Source: Euglena gracilis (taxonomy: Eukaryota). Taken from it: a DNA stretch of 64,000 nucleotides. Made by a program: the position numbers and the translations under genes. The notes beneath the pieces were generated by a model, which saw only the letters and a list, made by a program, of their open reading frames with translations, was not told the DNA's origin and made no database searches. Shown here piece by piece: positions 39,351 to 64,000 of the stretch. How positions within the stretch are numbered: position 1 is the first letter of the stretch; every line of letters starts with the position of its first letter. The DNA lies in contig CP154954.1 of the NCBI GenBank assembly GCA_039621445.1, positions 17,204,589 to 17,268,588 of the forward strand. The letters are read 5' to 3'.

Positions 39351-39499
39351 CCACCGCCCCACCCGCGGACTAGTCTCCTGTACCACGCTCCTGGAGCATC
39401 ATCCGGGCCCCGGGTAGGCCCCTTGGAGGCAGGGCCATCGTGGCCCTGTCGGCCTTGGGCATTGCATGACGTGGGGCACTTCTAATCCTAATCCCAATC

Positions 39500-40300
39500 C
39501 CACACACCCCCCCACACACCCCCCCACACACCCCACACACCCCCCCACACACCCCCCCACACACCCCCCACACTCATGTTGACTGTGCGCAATTGTTCGG
39601 GTGTCATTTTTTTGACTTACTCGGCCTTCGGCCTCGTCGCGCCGCGGCCTTCGGCCGTGGCCCGGGGGGGGGGGGGCCGCCCCCCCAGACCCCCCCAGAA
39701 CCAAAATAACATCATCCCCTTGTGTGTGCAAGGCAAGGGAAAGAAAATCCACTTTCCTCAGATTTGGCACCCCCTCACGCCCCCCCACACACCCCCCACA
39801 CCCCCACACCCCCACACACCCCCCCCCCACATCCCCCCACCCCCCACACCCCCCCCCCCACCCCCCCACACACCCCACACCCCCCCCCCCACACCCCCCC
39901 ACACCCCCCCCACACTCACGTTGACTGTGCGCAATTGTTCGGGTGTCATTTTTTTGACTTACTCGGCCTTCGGCCTCGTCGCGCCGCGGCCTTCGGCCGC
40001 GGCCCGGGGGGGGGGGGGGGCCCCCCGGACCCCCCCAGAACCAAAATACCATCATCCCCTTGTGCGTGCAAGGCAAGGGAAGAAAATCCACTTTCCTCAG
40101 ATTTGGCACCCCCTCACACCCCCCCCGCCCACCCCCCAACCAACCCCCCCCCCCCCCCACACCCTCCCCCCCCACCCCCCCCCCCACACACCCCCACCCC
40201 CCCCCCCCCCACACCCCCCCCACACACCCCCCCACACTACCCCCCCACACATACCCCCCCCACACACCCCCCCCACACATACCCCCCACAGTACCCCACA
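39500..40300. repeat. Tandem duplication (~342-bp unit) with C/CA-rich spacers
   Basis: CACTCA(T/C)GTTGACTGTGCGCAATTG...CCTCAGATTTGGCACCCCCTCAC starts at 39571 and again at 39913. Confidence 0.9.
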
Positions 40301-43083
40301 TTTAAGTGTGGGGGCTCCACTTTATGCCATATGTGCAACGATGTTTGACGAAACCAAACGTACACAGGTGGTGGCAAAAATTGCCGTCCGAACACGTGGT
40401 GTTTATCGGACAAGCGTGTTCGTTGGACACAGAGGAGGGGGGAATATTTTAACCGGAACGAGCAAATCAATTCAATGATAATTCAATGTTCATTGGTTCT
40501 GTTGATGAAATGATGGTGCTGATTTTCCCAATTGATGGGGGAAGCCGAAGATGTGAGAGCAACCACAGATCAGCCCCCTTGAAGCTTCGATTGCGACCTG
40601 AAAATGTCGACCCGTGGCCCAAGGTGCGAACCATTTGTGGAGAAGTGGGGGGTTCACGAGGAGCACGACACTGGGTCAGCTCGGTAAGTGCGGTAGAGGG
40701 GAGGGCACACCTTGCACGGGAAATTGCCAGAAAAAAACTGCACCCAGATTGTCCAGATATCACACCTCGAAACAGAACCACCTCTAAACTCTGGAAAGGA
40801 GATGTCCTGTTCGTGCCTTCTTCATGAGCTCTTTTCTCTGTCATCTTTTGGGAGAAACAAAATAGACAAAAACAGAATCATCTACTCTCTTCCAGCATTT
40901 CTTAATTACTGTGAGTGTGACTGCTGGGGACAAGTACGTTGCTGTCCCGACGAAGCGCCCCGAAACAAGACAGTTGGTTGAAATCCTTGGGAGGTTACTT
41001 TGGTAAAGATGTTCGGGGGAAGGTTGGGGGGTGTTTTGTATGCCGGACAATACAATCACTTAGTCACTGGCCAACCCCCCCCAGGGGTTGGGTGACAGAT
41101 TTTTTTCAGAGTGACTGACTGGTTTTTGGCCTCCACCCCCTCCGCCCCCTGGGGGTCAGCAAAAAAAACAACACTGAAGTGGCCAGGCGCAAAAGGCGCC
41201 GGAAAAATCCTCTGGCCTCATTCTCACGTTTGTGGTCAGTCAAATTTCCCTTGGATTCCAGAGTCGCTGACCACCCGGGGGGGGGGGGGGGGTATTGACT
41301 GACTGGTTTTCTGAGGAGAGAAAAAAAATATGAGTAAGTGGTTTTTGGAGGAATGGAAATGACCACTCGGGGGTCGTTGGAAAAATTGGATGTGGAACCC
41401 GCTCTGGAACCCGCTCTTCCTGGGACTTGGGTTAAATTTCTGTCGCGTGAATCATGGAACGTTGACCTGTTTTTCCTGTCCATACCATTGCTTACCCACC
41501 CCACCCACGGGGGGGGGGGTCACTTTCCACTTCCAAAGCCAGTCACCCACTTCACACCCCGGGGGGTTGGACATGCCTGAAGCAATGGCATGGCCCCGTC
41601 CCCAGACTGTACTCTGTTTCTTCAAATCAAGTCTGACGTTTGAAATGATTGGAAAGTAGCATTTCCAAAGCCCCTGACATGGAAAAGACCACTTCGAAAA
41701 TGCACCACAAATGCAAAAAAAAAACCCAACAAGCACGATAGAGGTCTATTCCCGGCCAAATCCTTGAGGCCAGAGAGGCACCAGTTGTGGACGCGACCAT
41801 GAATGTGTCTGTGCCGAACCAGCAAATGACAAAAAACATGCGAGGGGAATGGAATTTGGAATTGATTTGAGCCCCATTTCCCCCCGGAGGCTATCTTTGA
41901 TCTTCCTATTCAAAACATTTCAAAAATTTCCGCACACCCTTTTGGGTAAACCCTCCTCCCAAATAGTACCCTTCTGGGTATTATTTTTTCGCCCGAAGTC
42001 CCGGCCCGAGGGGGGGGTATCATTTGGGTGGAGTGTAATAGCATCCCAAAATTTTCGAAATTTTTCGAAGTCCCGTAGGACCCAAAATAGCACCCAAAAC
42101 CCCCCTTTGGGGTCATTTTTTGTACTTTCTCATGAAATTTTACAATTTTGGAGGCCAGATGATCCACAAAATTGATTTTTTCCCCTAATTTGTTGTCAGA
42201 GATTGAGATTTTTGCCTTCAGGTTAAAATCCGGGTCGTTGGCCCCAGATTGGGGGGGTATTAATTCGGTCTGGGGGTGTTATTTGGGGGATTATTTGGGG
42301 GGGGGATTATTTGGGGGGTTTATCTTATGCCAGAAATGACAACTTTCCCTGTCCCAAACCAACCAACAACACAGAGGGAATGAATGTGATACCAAAAATC
42401 ACACATGCATGTGGAGTCCTCTGTTTGATAAGAATTGTGAGGTTGCTAGTATGAAATGCACCCCACTGGGCACCAGTTGGTTGGCAGGGAAGGAGGCAAT
42501 ATGGTGCAGGTGCTAGACCATGAAACCAAAGTGAACACAATGCTCGGAGACAGCAATTAGAACACCCACAGTGGCCGAGGGAGGACACCGAGGCAAACTT
42601 AGGCGGCGTGAATTGCCGAACCGATTTTTGTGTTTTTTGACGTTTTTTGGCTGGTTTGAAATCCCCCTAAAAGGGCACAAAAGTTTAGGTTCAGGGCTGC
42701 GTCGTAGCTTTGGGCCAAAAATTTCCATGTGTGGTTTTGTCCGGTTATCCACCTAAACATTTTCCGATTGTGTGTGATTTGTGTGTTTTGGGGGCAGTTT
42801 AGAACAGCTTGAAAAGGTTAAAATAAACGAATTTTGAAGGAATGTGACATGGGGTTGTGTCTCCATGGTTTATGTTGTTGACTATTTGAGAAACGAATGA
42901 ATGTTGCAAGCGTACGCTGATAACCTCCAAAAATGAAACAAGAGGTGTCAGAGTTTAGGCAGATATCTATGTTGAATAAACGATTACCGTCTAAAGGTGT
43001 AAACAAAGAATGGTTTGCAGATTACCGCCACCATAAAACAAGCAATTGATGATTTGTAGGAGGGAATCCGCCTGCTGTGTGTG

Positions 43084-43174
<91 letters not shown>

Positions 43175-43492
43175 GGTAAGTGATTGGCGACTTGGTGTGG
43201 GTGGAGGTCCGTATGGGGTGAATAAGAAACATGGTGGTGTCCTGGTGGTATTGCCCTACCCGAGACCGGCATTGGCCAGATGCCGGTACCTGCTGGGGTC
43301 TCTGCAATGGGGCGCAATAACACCATAGCCAATGGTGGCTGAAGAACTCCCTGACGACGTGGGCAGGTGCCACCTGATGATATCCTGCTTTTGCCAACGC
43401 TCTTGGATAGAAATGGCCTGTCTAAAACGGGCCAAAAACAAAAAAGCAAAATTAACTGATTTATGAAGCTCTGCACTCATAGCATCCCGTTA

Positions 43493-43811
43493 CAGGCTTC
43501 TTTTTAAGTCAGCAGACCCCCCCCCCCCCCCCCGGGGGGGGGGGTGGGGTGGGGGGGGGGGCGCGGGCCCCCCACCCCCCCGGGGGGGGGGTCCCGCGCC
43601 GGAGGCGCTGGGTATACCTTTTCGGCGCGAAGCGCCGAAAATTTTTGAAAAATTGCCTTTAACGGGCCCGATTTTGGGGGGGGTCCCCGCCCCCCCCCCC
43701 CCCCCCGGGGGGGGGGGCCGAGCCCCCCGGGGGGGGGGGGGGCGCGCCCCCCTGGGTGGGTGGGGGGGAACCCCCTTCTCCCCCCCCCCGGGGGTCTTAA
43801 AAAGAAGCCTC
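43493..43811. mobile_element. MITE-like element (family D)
   Basis: TIR CAGGCTTCTTTTTAAG / CTTAAAAAGAAGCCT, internal C/G runs and TCGGCGCGAAGCGCCGA hairpin. No clear TSD. Confidence 0.7.
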
Positions 43812-46800
43812 CTGTATGAGCAAACCCACAAAGCCTTTCCACCACCAGCAATTTGGTTTTAGGCAGTTAACCGCCTAACCGGACCCACATTAATTTAAAA
43901 AAAAACGTTGAGGAGTTTGCATGGGGTTGGGTGGGGACCAAGAGACGACGTGGGCGGTTATCCGCTTGAAAAAAAAATACAGAGTACCACCCAGAGGCCA
44001 ACAGCTGACTTGTCACGTTTGAGCACTGAGGCTTGGCCTCCTTTTATGTGTTTGGATGGAGACGGGGTTTGCAGAGACACCTTTAAGGGAGAGAGGGGCA
44101 TACCAGCTGTGAGGTCAGAGAGGTCAGGCGGGAAACCGCCTGGACGCGTTTGGGTGGGCTGAAAAAGCAAACGGGATTGTGGACGATTGGGGGAGGGGAG
44201 TGGATGATGGGAACCTCCCTTGAATGCCATCTGCTGGCTTGTTTGCAAAGTTCTGAAACTCTTCCTTCACTACTTGTGACAGCAGTCGCAGTCGAATCTT
44301 TGCGGAGGACATGGATGACAGATGTTGTTGCCAGGCTGCCAGGCAGTTTGCACGGACTGGTGTCTGGCGTGTTTTGGCGGGTTCGAGGACCAATTGCATT
44401 GGGTCAAACGTCGACCCAGCGTTGGTTGAGAACGAGGGTCCGGCAGCATCGCAAACAACCGGAGCTACGGAGGCCAGGTGTTCTCCCATTGTTTTGCGTT
44501 GTGTAAACTTCAAGGCGTTCCAGGGGGTGTTTCCCAACCCCCCCCAAAACAGCCACATATTTTCAAAATCGGCACTTTGCCAAGTGCCCAAATAGACCTA
44601 AAACGACCCAAATTTTTCCACCCGCATCACCTCCTAAAAGTTTCAACTCTAAACAGGTGGGGTCGGCTAAGCGAAAGCCCTCGCACCTCAAACACACAGA
44701 AATTGGAAAAAAAATTGGGCAACTCACGTCGCCTGAGGCAAACGGCGTCCACAGCCTCACCGAACAAGAACAGGAACGGTTGGGAGGAAGGTTAAAACAA
44801 CAAATACAGGCTTGCTCTTCACGGCCCTGTTTCATTGGGTTGCCGGGCAAATCCCTCGATGGGCCAAGGCGACAAGGAACGCGGTCCTCAATGCGGCTGA
44901 CATGGGAAACCTGCCGTGGTGGATGAGGCACCCCGGTAGGAAGTCTGGGCGACATTGGCTGGGAGTCCTGCCACAGCAGGCCTTCTGCCCCTCCCCTCCA
45001 GCATGGCATTACCTACCCCCCCCCCACCCCCACCCCTGGGAAACTGTCACCCGATGGGTCAGTCGGTACCAAGGACCCTGACAGTTTTCCCAGGCGGGAC
45101 CCTGGCAGTTTCCCAGAAAGGGCATTTCAAGTGGAAAATCGATTGAAAATGGCCCGTGACAGGTTGGTCAGTACCGGGGATGCTGACAACTTCTTATTTG
45201 ACAAGTGGGCTGGTGACGGTGACCCTGACCAGGCTTTTGCTTAAGGACTGGGGAGGGGGGGTCCATTGGTTAGCCATTTTGCTAGTCACTTGAAAGGCCA
45301 CTAGCTAGACCCCCCTTCCCCAGGAGGGGTCTGGGGGAGCCCCCTGGTGGGAAAAAATTTCCTCTGGCGCTGAGCGCCGAGAAAATAAGTTTCCAAAAAT
45401 TTTTCAAGAATAGCTGAAAATGGGCATTTTGGGCAAGTTTTGGGTTCCAGAAAAAAATTTAGCGCTTCGCGCTGGTCACTGGATTTCCACTGGCTCGCCC
45501 TGCTGGCAGACCCCCCCAGGGGGCCCACTAGGATTTCAACTACCTCCTCCCCCCCTGTCTAAGCACCGGAAAAGATGGGTAAGAACCTGGGGGGTGGTGC
45601 TTATTTTTCCAAAATATGGGTAAGAACCAGGGGGGTGGTGCTTAGACAGGGGGGAACAATTTGACTGCAAAAAATATCCGGCGCTTCGCGCCGAAAAGGA
45701 AAAATTCCCCCTATCTTGGAGGTCCACTGTTGAACTTACACACATTTGGACGCAGAAATCAACAATACCTCACCAAATCAGGCCTCAGAAGTTGCAGAAA
45801 TTTCGAATTTTTTGAGAAATTTCCCTGAAAAATGCACACAAAATAAACTCCCCATGACGATGACCTTTAAAAAGATGGGTAAGAAAGAACCGGGGGGGGT
45901 GCTTAGACAAGGGTGGTGCTTAGACAAGGGGGGGGGAGGTAGCCAAATTTGGACTGGCTGCAGTCGAACCCTCCCCCCCCCCCAAAGCGCACTTCGAGCC
46001 CTTAATTAAAAGCCTGACCATGACAGGTTCTCGGGTATCAAAATTTCCGGGGGGGGGTAGGCAATTCAAACAGACCAAACAAGGAAGCAAAGTTACTTTG
46101 GGCCCTTTGTTTACAGCTGGAGCGGCAGCCTGGAGGCGAAGACAGCAAAGAGGAGGGCCAATTTTCGGCCAAAGCGACCGAAGAGGAAAGCAGCCTTCCC
46201 CATGCGTGTCAACCCCAGAAGGTGTTTGCGGGCCAACAGAAGTTGTCCATCAGAGACACCCAGAGAGGGGCAGATGAAGAAATGAAGGTGATGCACTAAG
46301 TAGCCCCAAAAAGAGAAATTGAAACATAAATTTTATTCCTGCGCATGAAGCCAGGTCCTGGATATTAACATTTAGGGTTAGGGTTTGGGCTGGAGATTAA
46401 TATTTAAGGGGTTAGTATTGGGGGAGGGGCAACGCCATTTCTCTACTCCCTTGTCTAAGCCCCAAAATTAAGCAAAACCACGGAACCACTTGAAACACTT
46501 AGCTTTGGAAAGTCTGGCCCCAACACCAACAACATCTGGGCTAACCCCACGTCTGGGCTAACCCCACGAGAAAAAGTGGCAACTTTTAAATGAGCGAAAT
46601 CAGGAGACAAAAAATATGACACGGCCTGGCGGAAAAAGATACCTCTCCACCGAAATAGAGCAAGGTTTCAAAGAGTCAACAACCTGGAAAGGACAATTTC
46701 TTCGATGAGGTAATGCGGAAAGGAGCTTTGCACATTTGCAGGTGCAACAGCTGAACGTACAAAAAAATCTGCACCAAAGTCAGCAGGGAGATTAAAGGGA

Positions 46801-47472
46801 GAACAAAGAGGGAGTGAAATGGAAAAAAACGCAGAGCTCCAGGTGCCCAATATATGAGTGGCTGGAATTCTTAGATCCATGATAAGAAACCACATGCACA
46901 AAATGAAATCGCTGACTCCCTTCACGTATTCCGCCGAACCGCCGATACAGAAAAACACACCAAACCCCCACAACACATCACACCCATCCACAGCACCATA
47001 CAGCACCGGATACGGTGACATTGCCTCCCCCCAATAATTTCGCCCTCTACAAATTTTGTAGACCGATGTTTTTGGGCCATTTATTTTTTATTTGGGCAAT
47101 ACTCAAAACCATTGTTAGACCAATTGATTTTTCCTAAAGGCTGCTTTTTTATTATTAAAAAAATCATTTTCCTGAATGGCTATTTTCATTGATAATGCTG
47201 ATGTGATTTAATGCATACAACAGAACATTATAGCACTTTGGATGATTTTTGCGCTTACAACCTCCTGATTGTCCAAAAAGATGCATCAGTCTGTCAAGCT
47301 TTTTGTTGTGAAGGGCAAAGAGCAAAATTATTTGGGCAGACCTTTTTCCGTCCTCCCCGTGCCAAAGTTATCTGGGCACGCAGAGCTTCAGCACAGTGCA
47401 AAGTTATTGGGGGAAGGGGGTTAACTGCACCCACGCTGAGCGACGGCGGGGCCGCTGCGCCTTTCGGTCCAC

Positions 47473-63908
<16,436 letters not shown>

Positions 63909-64000
63909 GCCTCACGAGGTCGCCTGCAGCAGCCGATGAGGCCACATTGTAACCAAGGGTCGAAAAATACGCACTACACATTCTACTGTGGGGCACAACC

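Noticed and set aside
44130-45080. Possible degraded non-LTR retrotransposon fragments (also 40350-41000, 46600-47020, 11750-12200, 63090-63330)
   Set aside because: Complex, coding-like sequence but no diagnostic motif I can support without a search.

Overview
Eukaryotic, repeat-rich genomic DNA, most likely from a euglenid. The host gene at the right end is split by non-GT-AG introns whose ends base-pair in the euglenid 'nonconventional' register (CAG at +4..+6 with CTG at -8..-6). Main contents: (1) A 13.6-kb Ty3/gypsy chromodomain LTR retrotransposon (19631-33216) with ~490-bp LTRs, a 4-bp CACC TSD, PBS and PPT. Directly in front of protease-RT-RNaseH-integrase-chromodomain it carries two DNA methyltransferase domains: an NPPF amino-MTase and a C5-cytosine MTase. 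This is the most notable finding. (2) That element is inserted into the RT/RNaseH region of a DIRS-type tyrosine-recombinase retroelement (RT-RH-MT-YR). A second, inverted DIRS copy (~36000-39350) and DIRS 5' fragments lie nearby. (3) A minus-strand receptor-type class III adenylate cyclase gene, 16 exons traced by hand from 47473 to >63908; its 5' end is outside the window. (4) Several hAT-type MITEs with 8-bp TSDs (one nested in another), long microsatellites, and a ~1.4-kb poly-A/poly-C tract that is probably a sequencing artefact. All calls come from reading the sequence and recognising motifs; no database search was run. Many frameshifts fall in homopolymer runs and may be read errors.
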